A stretch of DNA of 64,000 bases from Acidobacteriota bacterium (lineage in GTDB: Bacteria; Acidobacteriota; CAIWXX01). Where the stretch lies: contig JBFMAF010000024.1 in NCBI GenBank assembly GCA_040755995.1, forward strand, positions 32,001-96,000, written 5' to 3'. Position numbers and translations under genes: made by a program. Positions 20,383 through 30,473 of this stretch are shown here, piece by piece (positions within the stretch are counted from its first letter, which is position 1; every line of letters begins with the position of its first letter). The notes beneath the pieces are model-generated. The model saw only the letters and a list, made by a program, of their open reading frames with translations, was not told the origin of the DNA and searched no databases.

Positions 20383-21303
20383 CTAGAGCTCCGGCTGCTC
20401 GCAGAGCCGGACGCAGTTGCGTCCGTTGCGCTTGGCCTGATACAGGGATGCGTCGGCCATCTGGACCAGTTCCTCAGGATCCTGCGGGCGGCAATGGCGG
20501 AAGTCGCAAACCCCCAGGCTGATGGTCACCGAGACGGGGTCGCCGTCGTGCTCGAACGACAGCGACTCGACCGCCTTCCGCAGTTTCTCAGCCAGGACCC
20601 CCGCGTTCTCGCGAGGGGTTGATGGCAGCAACACCGCGAACTCCTCGCCTCCGTATCGCGCCGCGAGATCGACCTTGCGCACGTTCTTGCGCAAGGCATT
20701 CGCGACCTCCCTGAGCACGTAGTCTCCGTAAGGGTGGCCGTAGGCGTCGTTGATCCGTTTGAAGTGATCTATGTCGATCATCACCAACGCCATGTCTTGC
20801 TTGAATCTGCGGCTGCGCTCGTACTCGACCGCCAGCGTCTCGTTGAAGCTGCGGCGATTTGGCAGCTGCGTGAGCTCGTCGATTGTCGAAATGAGCTCGA
20901 GGTGGTTGACGAGCCGCCGGAGCTCATCCTGGAGCTCCTTGATCCTCAGCATCGATTTCACGCGGGCCAGGAGCTCCTGATTGTCGAACGGCTTCGTAAG
21001 GTAGTCGTCGGCGCCCATCTCGAAGCCCTTGACCTTGCTCGCGACGTCCCCCTGGTTGGTCAGGAGTATGACCGGTGTGAACGTCTGGCCAGGGAAGGCC
21101 TTGATCTCGCGGCAGAGCGTGAGGCCATCTTTCTTCGGCAGGACTATGTCCATCAGCACGAGGTCGGGCTTTTCGTCGAGGAACTTGTCGCGCCCCTCTT
21201 CTCCATCCACGGCGATGACTGCCGTGTGACCGCCGCTGCGCAGCGCGTGCTGCACCTTGAATGCCTGCGTCGCGCTGTCCTCGACCAGCAGTATCTTGGC
21301 CAT
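20383..21303 (-). CDS. Response regulator diguanylate cyclase (REC-GGDEF, WspR-like)
   Basis: REC domain; RKVD I-site and RYGGEEF active site. Confidence 0.93.
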   Translation of the reverse strand: MAKILLVEDSATQAFKVQHALRSGGHTAVIAVDGEEGRDKFLDEKPDLVLMDIVLPKKDGLTLCREIKAFPGQTFTPVILLTNQGDVASKVKGFEMGADDYLTKPFDNQELLARVKSMLRIKELQDELRRLVNHLELISTIDELTQLPNRRSFNETLAVEYERSRRFKQDMALVMIDIDHFKRINDAYGHPYGDYVLREVANALRKNVRKVDLAARYGGEEFAVLLPSTPRENAGVLAEKLRKAVESLSFEHDGDPVSVTISLGVCDFRHCRPQDPEELVQMADASLYQAKRNGRNCVRLCEQPEL

Positions 21304-21326
21304 GCCGGAATCCCCCCTAGAACTAT

Positions 21327-22352
21327 CTATGCGAGTGCGTCCACCAAGGCCCGCGGGATGTCGTCGAGCCGCACGACACGATCGACAATGCCCGCCTGAA
21401 TTGCCTGTTGCGGCATGCCGAACACTACCGATGTCGACTCGTCTTGAGCCATGGTCCTTCCCCCCATCGACTTGACTCGCGAAAGGCCGCTCACACCGTC
21501 GCTTCCCATACCCGTCAACAAGAGCGCGAGCGCCATCGGCCCGTACGATGCTGCCACCATCTCGAAGAGGCGGTTGATCGACGGTCTGGCTCCCTCCACC
21601 GGCGGCCCGTCGTCAAGGGCGATCTTGCCCTCGATGGTCACGCCCATGTGAGCGTTTTCGGGCGCCACGTAGATGTTGCCGGGACGAAGCATCTCTCCGT
21701 TCTGCCCCATCTTGACGAGATTGGCTGAATTGGCAGAGAGCCAGCGGACCATGCCGGCCAGAAATCCATGGGTCATGTGCTGAACGACCACGATCGGGAC
21801 GGGGAAGCGTGGAGGCAGGTTGGAGAAGATCGCGTTCAATGCCGCCGGGCCGCCGGTCGATGAGCCGATGGCGACTATGCGCACGCGAAAGCTAGGAGTC
21901 GTCGGCAGGAACAGCGGTGCCTTCTGACGCTTCTCCTCCCGCGCCCTCCGCTTGACCACCTTCACCTGGCTCATGAGCCGAATCTTCGTGAGCAGCTCGT
22001 CCTGGATCGTCTGGAACTCCGACCCGGCCTTCGGCTTGATCACTATGCTGAGCGCCCCGGCGGCGATCGCGTCGAATGCCAGCTGATCAGTCGGCTTGTT
22101 GACGGCGCTGGACATGATCAGTATTGGCACGGGGAACCTGGCCATGATCTGGTACGTGGCTTCGACACCATTCATCTCGGGCATCACCAGGTCCATGGTG
22201 ATGAGATCCGGCCGAAGCCGCTCGGCCAGATACACCGCCTCTTTCCCATCTCGCGCGTACCCGATCACCTGTATATCAGGCTGTCCCGAGAGCGCCTCGA
22301 ACAGGATGTGGCGCATCACCGGCGAATCATCTACGACCAGAACCCGGATCAT
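21327..22352 (-). CDS. cheB: Chemotaxis methylesterase CheB (WspF-like)
   Basis: REC + GSSTGGP, VVQHM, LTGMGSDG. Confidence 0.95.
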   Translation of the reverse strand: MIRVLVVDDSPVMRHILFEALSGQPDIQVIGYARDGKEAVYLAERLRPDLITMDLVMPEMNGVEATYQIMARFPVPILIMSSAVNKPTDQLAFDAIAAGALSIVIKPKAGSEFQTIQDELLTKIRLMSQVKVVKRRAREEKRQKAPLFLPTTPSFRVRIVAIGSSTGGPAALNAIFSNLPPRFPVPIVVVQHMTHGFLAGMVRWLSANSANLVKMGQNGEMLRPGNIYVAPENAHMGVTIEGKIALDDGPPVEGARPSINRLFEMVAASYGPMALALLLTGMGSDGVSGLSRVKSMGGRTMAQDESTSVVFGMPQQAIQAGIVDRVVRLDDIPRALVDALA

Positions 22353-22446
22353 GACTGCGCCTCCGTTTCCCATCCGCGGGGCCACCCAGCTCCTTCGATG
22401 TCCGTCGTGGCCGGTCGCATGCGTTGCGGCAATCCGTTTTTGTCAT

Positions 22447-22478
22447 CGTGAACGTGAACGTCGACGTGGACGTGGACG
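22447..22478. repeat. Hexamer tandem repeat (CGTGRA)n
   Basis: CGTGAA CGTGAA CGTCGA CGTGGA CGTGGA CG in cheA-cheB spacer. Confidence 0.75.
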
Positions 22479-22572
22479 ATCCGCTCTCCGCCTCTCGGTG
22501 TCCCCGCGTCTCCGTGTCGCATCCGATGTGCTACTCCGTTCACTCTCTGTCCGCAGCCTCCATTGGCATCAT

Positions 22573-25050
22573 TCAATCGGTCAGGTGTTCAATCGTCTGA
22601 AGCAGTTTGTTCTGGTCGAAGCTGCTCTTGGCAATGTACGCATCGGCTCCGGCCTCGATGCCGCGTGCCTTGTCCTCCGGCGAGGCAAATGAGGTCACGA
22701 GGATGACAGGCATGTCTTTGTGTCGAGGGTCAGACTTGATCTTCCGGGTCAGGGAGAACCCGTCCAGCCTCGGCATCTGCACATCCGAAAGAACGAGATC
22801 GACTTCCTCGGTTTGCAGCGTTCCGAACGCTTCCACTCCGTCAGTGGCGAGCAGGACGCGGTATCCGGCCGTCTCCAGGATGTTCTTCTCGAGGGTGCGA
22901 GTGGTGATGGAGTCATCCACGACGAGAATTGACCTCATCGGCCGATCGACGGGCTTCCTGGTTGGAACCGGCGGCGCCGTCGGGTGCGGCTGGCTGGAGG
23001 CATTCACCAGCTCCGCGACATTCAGAATCATCACAATCATCCCATTGCCAAGGATCGTCGCGCCCGCCAGGTACCGTACCCTGATCAACGGTCTGCTGAA
23101 GCTCTTGAGGATCACCTCCTGCTCGCCCATCAGCTCGTCCACTACGAATCCCACGCGCTTCTCCGCGGATCCCAACACCACCACGACAAGCTTCTCATCC
23201 GGGTCCCTCGGCGCCTCCTGCAGGCCCAGCACGCCGGCCAGGCGGCCGAGTTGCACCGGGAGGCCGCCGAGCTGCACGGTCTCGGAGGAGCCCAGCCGGC
23301 GGATCTCCTTTGGCGGAATCCGCCGGATCTGATCGACCGACGCGATGGGAAATATGAACACCTGCCCGCCTGCCTTCACCAGCAGCCCCTGGAAGGTCGA
23401 TACCGTGAGCGGCAGCTGCATGATGAACCTGGCCCCTTGACCGGGCACCGAACTCACGTCCAGCGTACCGTTCAGACGCTCGACCGTCGTGTGAACGACG
23501 TCCAATCCGATGCCGCGTCCGGAGATATCGTCGACGATTGGCGACGTCGAGAACCCGGGCCGGAATATGAAGTTGAGGATGTCGCGCTGGCTGAGCGTCT
23601 CCGAATCCTCCGCGCGCAGCATTCCGCGCTTGATGGCCTTCTGCTTGACGGCTTCCGTGTTGATGCCCATCCCGTCGTCTTCGACTGAGATGATGATGGT
23701 ATCGCCTTTCTGCCGCGCGGACAGATGGATGTGTCCCTGCGGCGACTTGCCCTGGTCAGCCCTCGTCTGAGGCGCCTCGATTCCATGGTCGATCGCATTT
23801 CGGATGAGGTGCATCAGCGGATCTTTGAGGGCCTCGATGAGCTTCTTGTCGAGCGCGCAGTCACCGCCCTCGGTAGTCATCACCACCTGCTTGCCCTTGA
23901 CCTGGCTGAGGTCGCGGACCATCCGGTAGAAGTTGTCAAAGAGCAGACCGACGGGCAGCATGCGAATCCGCTTGATCTCCTCCTGGATCTCCCGCGACAA
24001 CGTATGCAACCTCGCGGTGTCCATGTGGAATTCCTTGCGGAAGCGCTTGACGGATCGACTCAGCGACCGGATACGCTCCTGGCACGCCTCCGCCAACCTC
24101 GCTCCGGGGCCGCCGCCGTCGCCATGGGGTTTCAGAATCTTCCGCAGTTCTGCCAGCTGCTTCTCGAGACTCGCGATGCCTGTGGAAAGGCCGGTCAGCG
24201 TCTCCTGATGCTGCGCCACCTTGATCTTGGTGATCAGGAGCTCGCCGGAGGTGGCGAGGAGAGTGTCGAGCTTTGCCGTGCTGACACGTATCGTTTCCTT
24301 GGCGAGCAGCGCGTCGTCCAGTCTTCGGTCGCGCCTCCGGCGATCCTCCTCGCCCGTGCGTCGATTTGCCCCCAGCCGTGGAGCCGCTTCCGCCTCTGCG
24401 GCTCTCAGATCTGCGCGCGCTGCGACGGCAACTGGCCGCGCCGGAGGCTCAGCAGGTGGAACCTCCGTCTTGATGGCTGCGGGCGGCGGCTGAGGCGCCT
24501 CAGGTTGAGCATCTTCAGTGCGGTCACGCCTGTGGCCCCTAGGCCTGGTCTTCTTCTCCTTCGAATGAGCCGGCAACTGTTGCGAGTCGGGCGACGGGGC
24601 CTCCGGGGTCGGGCCGCTAGGTGGCTTCAGGGCTCCGAAGCCGACTCGGGCGTTCTCCAGATCCAGCACATGGCTCCGCACCTCCTCCTGCCCGATCGTG
24701 TTCCCTGCCAGCCTGGCTTCCATTGCCTTGGTGAAGAAGTCGACGCAGCCGTACAAGATCGTGAACATGTTCGGGTCCATGGCGCGCCCCTGCTTGACCT
24801 CTGAGAGCAGCGCCTCCATTGCATGCGCGACCTCCTCGACCTCCTTCACCTCCACCGCGCGAGCCGCGCCCTTCAGACTGTGCGCCTCGCGGAAGATCTG
24901 GTCCACGAGATCCTGCGGCTCTCCCGTGCCCGCCTCGAGCTGGAGCAGGCAGCGGTTCAGCGTTTCCAGACGCTCGTCCAGCTCGACCTTGAACGTCGCG
25001 AGCAGCTGCCGGAGGAAGTCCTCGTCACTTGGAAGTATGTTAGAAGGCAT
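22573..25050 (-). CDS. cheA: Hybrid CheA histidine kinase with C-terminal REC (WspE-like)
   Basis: Hpt FREAHSLKG, HLIRNAIDHG, SGRGIGLD, CheW domain, REC. Confidence 0.95.
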   Translation of the reverse strand: MPSNILPSDEDFLRQLLATFKVELDERLETLNRCLLQLEAGTGEPQDLVDQIFREAHSLKGAARAVEVKEVEEVAHAMEALLSEVKQGRAMDPNMFTILYGCVDFFTKAMEARLAGNTIGQEEVRSHVLDLENARVGFGALKPPSGPTPEAPSPDSQQLPAHSKEKKTRPRGHRRDRTEDAQPEAPQPPPAAIKTEVPPAEPPARPVAVAARADLRAAEAEAAPRLGANRRTGEEDRRRRDRRLDDALLAKETIRVSTAKLDTLLATSGELLITKIKVAQHQETLTGLSTGIASLEKQLAELRKILKPHGDGGGPGARLAEACQERIRSLSRSVKRFRKEFHMDTARLHTLSREIQEEIKRIRMLPVGLLFDNFYRMVRDLSQVKGKQVVMTTEGGDCALDKKLIEALKDPLMHLIRNAIDHGIEAPQTRADQGKSPQGHIHLSARQKGDTIIISVEDDGMGINTEAVKQKAIKRGMLRAEDSETLSQRDILNFIFRPGFSTSPIVDDISGRGIGLDVVHTTVERLNGTLDVSSVPGQGARFIMQLPLTVSTFQGLLVKAGGQVFIFPIASVDQIRRIPPKEIRRLGSSETVQLGGLPVQLGRLAGVLGLQEAPRDPDEKLVVVVLGSAEKRVGFVVDELMGEQEVILKSFSRPLIRVRYLAGATILGNGMIVMILNVAELVNASSQPHPTAPPVPTRKPVDRPMRSILVVDDSITTRTLEKNILETAGYRVLLATDGVEAFGTLQTEEVDLVLSDVQMPRLDGFSLTRKIKSDPRHKDMPVILVTSFASPEDKARGIEAGADAYIAKSSFDQNKLLQTIEHLTD

Positions 25051-25084
25051 GCCCGTGCCTCCAACAGCCACCGAGGCGGACTGC

Positions 25085-25111
25085 CAACTGACAACCGACA
25101 ACTGACAACTG
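25085..25111 (+). repeat. Heptamer tandem repeat (CAACTGA)x4
   Basis: CAACTGA CAACCGA CAACTGA CAACTG; related arrays at 34778 and 60008. Confidence 0.8.
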
Positions 25112-25141
25112 CTTGTCCCTCCCAGGGGCTCGCCCTGGGGT

Positions 25142-26914
25142 CTAGATCTTGTACTTCGCGACCAGTTCGTTCATCCAGTTGCACTGCTGCGAGAGGTTCT
25201 GTGCGATCTGCACAACCTGCTCGGCCGACTCCTGAGTCTCGCTCGCCGCCTGCTTGATCTCGGTCATCGCCACCGAGATCTGGCTCATCCCGATGGTCTG
25301 TTCCTTGACCGAGGCGACGATCTGCTCCGCCGAGTGCGCAGCAGCAGTGATCGTATCGAGGAGATGATGTATGACCTTGCCGGCCTGGTTCACCAGGAGC
25401 ACCCCGCGGTCCACCTCCTTACTTCCCTGTTCGGTGACCATGACCGCCGCGTTGGTGGCCTTCTGGATATCGTTCAGGATCGATCTCACCTGAGCCGTTG
25501 CTTGCTTGCTCTGTTCAGCCAGGTTGCGCACCTCGTTGGCCACCACCGCGAATCCCTTGCCGTGCTCGCCTGCGCGCGCAGCCTCGATCGACGCGTTCAA
25601 CGCCAGAAGGTTGCTCTGTTCGGCGATGTCGTTCACCGTCGAGATTATCTCGCCGATCTGCTGGGTCTGCTCGGACAGCGCCAGAATGTTCTCCGCTATG
25701 GACTCCACCTTTTCCTTTATCTGCGACATCCCTTTGATGGATTCCTCTACGGCCTCCTCGCCGCTCTTCGAGACCTCGATGACTTTCTTCGTGGAGTCCG
25801 CAACGGAGCTGGCCAGGTTGCTCGTGTGCTCGGATGTCAGCCGCACCTCATCCACCGTCGCGGAAATCTCGTTGATCGACGACGCCTGCTCGGTACCCAG
25901 CGTCGATTGTTGGGTCGTAGCTGTCAGGATCTGCGAGATGGCCGAGGTGATGCTGATGGTAGAGTTCTTCACCTGGCCTGTGATCGTCCTCAGGCTCTCG
26001 GCCATCTGGTTCAGGTTGCGGGACAGCGTCGCGAGCTCTGACTCTCCCGAGGTCGACAGGCCGGCCGTCAGCTCGCCACGCCCGATCCTTTCCGCAAACA
26101 CGATGAACTCTTCCACCTTGTGCTGCAGGTGCTCCTTCGCCTCTTTCTCGGAGTGCACCAGTTTCTCGAGCTGGTCCTTTCCGACCAGCGACTCCATGCT
26201 CTTTTGCAGGTTTTCTGCGAGACGGTTCACGCTCTGGCCGAGGACACCGACTTCATCATGCCACCTGACTTCAATGCGTCGAGTAAGGTCCCCCTGGGCC
26301 ATGGACTGCACGATGTGAGCCACCTGTTCGATGGGCTTCACGATCTGCTGGGCCATCAGATACGAGGCGCCGCCTCCGAATCCGAGGAAGACCAGAGACA
26401 TGCCGAGCAGAGACCACATGAGGCCACGCACCAGACGGTCATGGTCCGCAAAGCTGAGGATGATACGGGAGTAGCCGTAGAGCTTCCCGTCTTCCTTGGA
26501 GATGATCGGCATAGAGACATCCAAGAAGGCGTTCCCTTGGTAAGAGAACCGCTCCGGCGTAGGCTCCCCGGTCTGCGTATTGTAGGCGAGCTGCCGCTGC
26601 GAGCCGACCGAGCCGTCCCCCACTTCGCTCAACACCTCACGCTTCGGGCTCAGGAGACCCACATACGCCACGTCCAGCCCGAGGTGTTCACCCTTGATCC
26701 CGCGGATGGCCGCCTGCTGGACTTCAGGGTCGTTGTAAACCAGGCCCCGCAGCGCGAAGTTGCTCAGAATCTTCACCATCGTCACGCCCTTGGCCTCGAA
26801 CTCCTTCTGCATGGCCCCGCGCAGGATGAAATAGATGATCGTGGTGAAAATCAGCGAGATCGCGAGGATGATCGTCGAAGAACGCAGGACGAGCTTCCAG
26901 CGGATGTTCATCAC
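25142..26914 (-). CDS. Methyl-accepting chemotaxis protein (WspA-like)
   Basis: Two TMs, two HAMPs, [25 protein letters not shown]. Confidence 0.95.
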   Translation of the reverse strand: MMNIRWKLVLRSSTIILAISLIFTTIIYFILRGAMQKEFEAKGVTMVKILSNFALRGLVYNDPEVQQAAIRGIKGEHLGLDVAYVGLLSPKREVLSEVGDGSVGSQRQLAYNTQTGEPTPERFSYQGNAFLDVSMPIISKEDGKLYGYSRIILSFADHDRLVRGLMWSLLGMSLVFLGFGGGASYLMAQQIVKPIEQVAHIVQSMAQGDLTRRIEVRWHDEVGVLGQSVNRLAENLQKSMESLVGKDQLEKLVHSEKEAKEHLQHKVEEFIVFAERIGRGELTAGLSTSGESELATLSRNLNQMAESLRTITGQVKNSTISITSAISQILTATTQQSTLGTEQASSINEISATVDEVRLTSEHTSNLASSVADSTKKVIEVSKSGEEAVEESIKGMSQIKEKVESIAENILALSEQTQQIGEIISTVNDIAEQSNLLALNASIEAARAGEHGKGFAVVANEVRNLAEQSKQATAQVRSILNDIQKATNAAVMVTEQGSKEVDRGVLLVNQAGKVIHHLLDTITAAAHSAEQIVASVKEQTIGMSQISVAMTEIKQAASETQESAEQVVQIAQNLSQQCNWMNELVAKYKI

Positions 26915-26927
26915 GAGGGCCTCCAGG

Positions 26928-27482
26928 CTACGGCTGCACGACGACAGTGGCAGTATCGAGTATTGTGCGCGGTATCTCGATTCCCAAGCTCGCGGCCGCC
27001 TTCAGGTTCAGCAGCACCACGACGTTCTTCCGCTCCTCCACAACCTGCACCTCCAGTGCATAGACAGCTCCGGCCTCAACCGCAGCCCGCGAATCCCCTA
27101 TGACCGGTATCTTCTTCAGCATGCACTCGGTGATGATGTACTTCTGGTTTTCTGGCTTGGCCACGACCGGATCGGCCGTCAGCAAGATCGCTTCGGCCTT
27201 GGCCTTGTTCAGGAGATCGCGCAGGGCGCCGCCTATGTCGCCTACCTGTTTGACATTCGCATAGCGAGGCCATACCTGGTAGCTCATCGCAGCCTGGTCG
27301 ACCTCGATCTGCGACGCCTTGTTCAAATCCTGGTTCCAAAGGATCCCCAACTGCGTCTTGGCCGGGAAGACCTGCTTGAAGAAGTACACCTGCTGCCTGT
27401 AGCTCACCGAGGGGGTTTGAGAGAAGAGATGTCCCACCGACAAAATCAGCATCAATCCGGCGCTTGCGACGACCCTGGTCAT
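26928..27482 (-). CDS. Exported half-size ABC substrate-binding-like / YfiR-like protein
   Basis: Signal peptide; [31 protein letters not shown] resemble the C-lobe of ABC_sub_bind. Confidence 0.7.
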   Translation of the reverse strand: MTRVVASAGLMLILSVGHLFSQTPSVSYRQQVYFFKQVFPAKTQLGILWNQDLNKASQIEVDQAAMSYQVWPRYANVKQVGDIGGALRDLLNKAKAEAILLTADPVVAKPENQKYIITECMLKKIPVIGDSRAAVEAGAVYALEVQVVEERKNVVVLLNLKAAASLGIEIPRTILDTATVVVQP

Positions 27483-27505
27483 TGAGTCTCCTCCTTCCGA
27501 GAGCA

Positions 27506-28105
27506 TCACTCATCCTCCACAAGGAGTCTGCGGTCTGCCAGTAGTTCCTCCATATTCAAAACTGCCAGCCCATCGGCCGTCGTCCCCGAAATGTGCTCGG
27601 CCTTGATCGTGGGCAGGTTCAGCTTCACACTGTGAATGTCCGCAGGCGAATAATACGAGATCCCGATCACCTCGTCCACTAGCAATCCCAATTGCGTCTG
27701 CCCGTCCTCCACAATCAGCACGCTCTGCGAGGTCTGGCTGGCATCGTCAGGACGCACCGAGAAGAACTCGCAGAGATCCAATACAGTGTATATCATCCCG
27801 CGCACATTGACCACACCCTTGATGAACTTCGGTGTACCCGGAACGGGGGCGAACGACTCGAAAGGATGAATTTCGACCACCTTCACCAGCGGAATGGCAT
27901 ACCGCTGGTCACCCAGCCTGATGATGATCAATACGGCAGTCCGCTCTTGCGTATCCTTCTGCAGCGGTCTGGCCAGGGCGCGGGCGCGCGCCTGAAGTAT
28001 CTCCTCTATCCGCCGGGCGTCGTAGGCGGCATCCCCCTGCAACACCGCGTCAACCTTCACCAGCTGACCACGGAGTCCTTCAAACACGGGCATGCATGCC
28101 TCCAC
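27506..28105 (-). CDS. cheW: CheW (WspD-like)
   Basis: PVPGTPKFIKGVVNVRG, LGLLVDEV; N-terminal ILQARARALA. Confidence 0.92.
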   Translation of the reverse strand: MEACMPVFEGLRGQLVKVDAVLQGDAAYDARRIEEILQARARALARPLQKDTQERTAVLIIIRLGDQRYAIPLVKVVEIHPFESFAPVPGTPKFIKGVVNVRGMIYTVLDLCEFFSVRPDDASQTSQSVLIVEDGQTQLGLLVDEVIGISYYSPADIHSVKLNLPTIKAEHISGTTADGLAVLNMEELLADRRLLVEDE

Positions 28106-28151
28106 TCCCCCAGATTCTAGATTGCAGCACGGTGCAAATGCAAAAACTTCT

Positions 28152-29567
28152 TCAGCCGATCAGCCCCTTGACCGCCTCACGCATCCGCCCCACCGTCACC
28201 CCGACATCTCCTCCCAACAGCTGATCCTCCGGCAGTGACTCGATCAGCCTCGAGACGCTCTCGTGACACTTCCGGGCCTTGCGCAAATCGCCCTTTCGTC
28301 TGTACAGACACCCCAGCTGGTAAAGCGTCAACACTGAGCTCGGATCGAGAAAGAGCCCCTTTCTGGCATACTCGATCGCCTCGTCGTATTGTTCCATGGC
28401 CTCACTGATCATCGAGGACATCCTGTACGCCTCGATCTCCAACGGATCCGTCCGAAGCACCTGCTCGGTCCACCGCCTGGCGTCATCGTATCTGCCCGCG
28501 CCGGCGTAGATCTCCGCGAGCAGCAAACCCACCGCCGGCCTGGCCCGGGCCGCCTCGGGCAGCGACAGGAGGAAGTTGATGGATTCATCGCGCCTCCCTT
28601 CAGCCAACAATCCGCGCGCGGTAGCGGCTGGATCCTCGGTCGCAGCTGCCGGCTGTTGGCGCGGTGGAGGCGAAGTCGCCCGCGCGGAGGGTATCGCCTT
28701 GGAGGCCGCCGTCAGAACGCGCTCGGGTCGCTGGCAGTACACGATCCCCCTCTCGCTGATAATACGAAATCGTCTGCTCATCAGGTGCGTGGGCTCGGAA
28801 TGCCCCAGGAGAAGATAGCCGCCTTCGGCGAGCGTGTCGTGGAGTCGCCGGCTGGTCTCGCGTATGCGATCCTCGTCGAAGTAGATCAGGACGTTTCGGC
28901 AGAGGATGAGGTCCATGTCGTGGATGCCCTGGGATAGAGAGGGGTAGTCGGATGCCGTGATGTTCTGCGCGTTGAAGGAGACCATGTTGCGGACCGGCTT
29001 GATGATCTGGTACTGCGCGCCGATGGGGCGGAAATAGGACTTCAGTACGTCCGGCGGCGTCGATCGGAAGGACCACTTGCCATAGATGCCGATGCGTGCA
29101 GTCTGAAGAGAGGAGAGGTTGAGATCGGTGGCGAGCAAGAAGATCCGCCAGTCGTGGCGGTCGGGGATGGCTTCGAGCAGTGTGATCGCCAGGGAATAGG
29201 GCTCTTCGCCGGTGGAGCACCCTGCGGACCAGACTCTGAGCTGCAGGCTGCCTGAGGCCCTCTTTCGGCGTATCAACTCGGGCAGCAGGACTTGGCTCAG
29301 GAGCCTCCACTGCTCCTTGTATCGGAAAAAGTAGGTCTCTCCGACGGTCACCGCGGCGATCAGCTTCTCCTGGAGGAGAGGGCTGCTCTTTGCAGAGCGC
29401 AATGCCCGGTAGTACCCGTCGATGTCGGCGAACCCGGCCTCGATGCTCTTGCGCTTCACGATGCGCATGAGCTCCTCCCGCTTCGAGTCAGGGAATGAGA
29501 TCCCCGTGCGTTCGCGGACAAGATACTGGAATTTCCGAAAACCCTCTTCGGCGGCGAGGAGACTCAC
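28152..29567 (-). CDS. cheR: CheR methyltransferase with C-terminal TPR (WspC-like)
   Basis: ETYFFR, WSAGCSTGEEPYS, CRNVLIYF; TPRs; GTG start inferred from GGAG RBS. Confidence 0.92.
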   Translation of the reverse strand: MSLLAAEEGFRKFQYLVRERTGISFPDSKREELMRIVKRKSIEAGFADIDGYYRALRSAKSSPLLQEKLIAAVTVGETYFFRYKEQWRLLSQVLLPELIRRKRASGSLQLRVWSAGCSTGEEPYSLAITLLEAIPDRHDWRIFLLATDLNLSSLQTARIGIYGKWSFRSTPPDVLKSYFRPIGAQYQIIKPVRNMVSFNAQNITASDYPSLSQGIHDMDLILCRNVLIYFDEDRIRETSRRLHDTLAEGGYLLLGHSEPTHLMSRRFRIISERGIVYCQRPERVLTAASKAIPSARATSPPPRQQPAAATEDPAATARGLLAEGRRDESINFLLSLPEAARARPAVGLLLAEIYAGAGRYDDARRWTEQVLRTDPLEIEAYRMSSMISEAMEQYDEAIEYARKGLFLDPSSVLTLYQLGCLYRRKGDLRKARKCHESVSRLIESLPEDQLLGGDVGVTVGRMREAVKGLIG

Positions 29568-29583
29568 GATGCTCCGGTACCTC

Positions 29584-30111
29584 TCAGGTTCTCTGTGAGC
29601 TGGGTTGGCCCGTGACAGGTGCCGGCAAGCCAGGTGTTGCCGTGATCTCACGCAAGTCCGGGACCCCGCTCTGAGTCAGGAGCCGTGGGAGGTCGAGGCA
29701 GAACACGATTCGGTCCTTGTGCTTCATGAGCCCCGTGACGAACGCGAGGTCCTCGTCGAACTCCCGCGGAGACTCCTTCTGGTCCGCGCTGAATTCCTCC
29801 ACTTCCGGCACTGCATCAACCACCAACCCGATCAAGTGATGGCCCGTGCGGACAACGAGGATCCGATGGTTCAGGCCGTAGTCGGACGAGGGCAACGAGA
29901 GGTAGCGACGGATGTTGAGGATCGGCAGGATGTGCCCCCGATAGTTGATGACGCCTTCCACGTGCTGATGGTGCGCAGGGGTCGGCGTCAGCGCCACCAT
30001 CCAGATAACCTCTACGATCGCGTCGGTCGAAAGCGCGTAGCGCTGGCCCGCGATGTCGAAAAGAAGGTATCTCTCGAGAATCGAGGAATCGGCGGTCTCG
30101 GGATCGCTCAT
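29584..30111 (-). CDS. cheW: CheW (WspB-like)
   Basis: GVINYRGHILP, GLVVDAV. Confidence 0.92.
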   Translation of the reverse strand: MSDPETADSSILERYLLFDIAGQRYALSTDAIVEVIWMVALTPTPAHHQHVEGVINYRGHILPILNIRRYLSLPSSDYGLNHRILVVRTGHHLIGLVVDAVPEVEEFSADQKESPREFDEDLAFVTGLMKHKDRIVFCLDLPRLLTQSGVPDLREITATPGLPAPVTGQPSSQRT

Positions 30112-30207
30112 TGTTGATGCCGCTGTTAGGCGCACAGATATTAGTCGCCGCCTCCGCCAGTGTCAATGTACACGCCCCCGCCTCCCCGCCCCCGCCTCAC
30201 CCGCGGT

Positions 30208-30236
30208 TTGACTACGCGCGGGCTTCGTGCTAAAAA
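30208..30236 (+). promoter_or_regulatory. sigma70 promoter of tRNA-Lys
   Basis: TTGACT-17 nt-TAAAAA with extended TG. Confidence 0.6.
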
Positions 30237-30250
30237 TCCCCTTCGCGAGT

Positions 30251-30326
<76 letters not shown>

Positions 30327-30473
30327 ACATTTGCGTGCCGCGGGCGTGATTCTGCACGCGGTCAACTCGTGCTTGCCGGCCAAGACACAGGATTTGCTAC
30401 GGACGTAGTAATTCATCGGGCTCGAACGCCGCACGCCGATCGCCCCGTCTGCGATGGCTCGGGTCGCCTGGCC

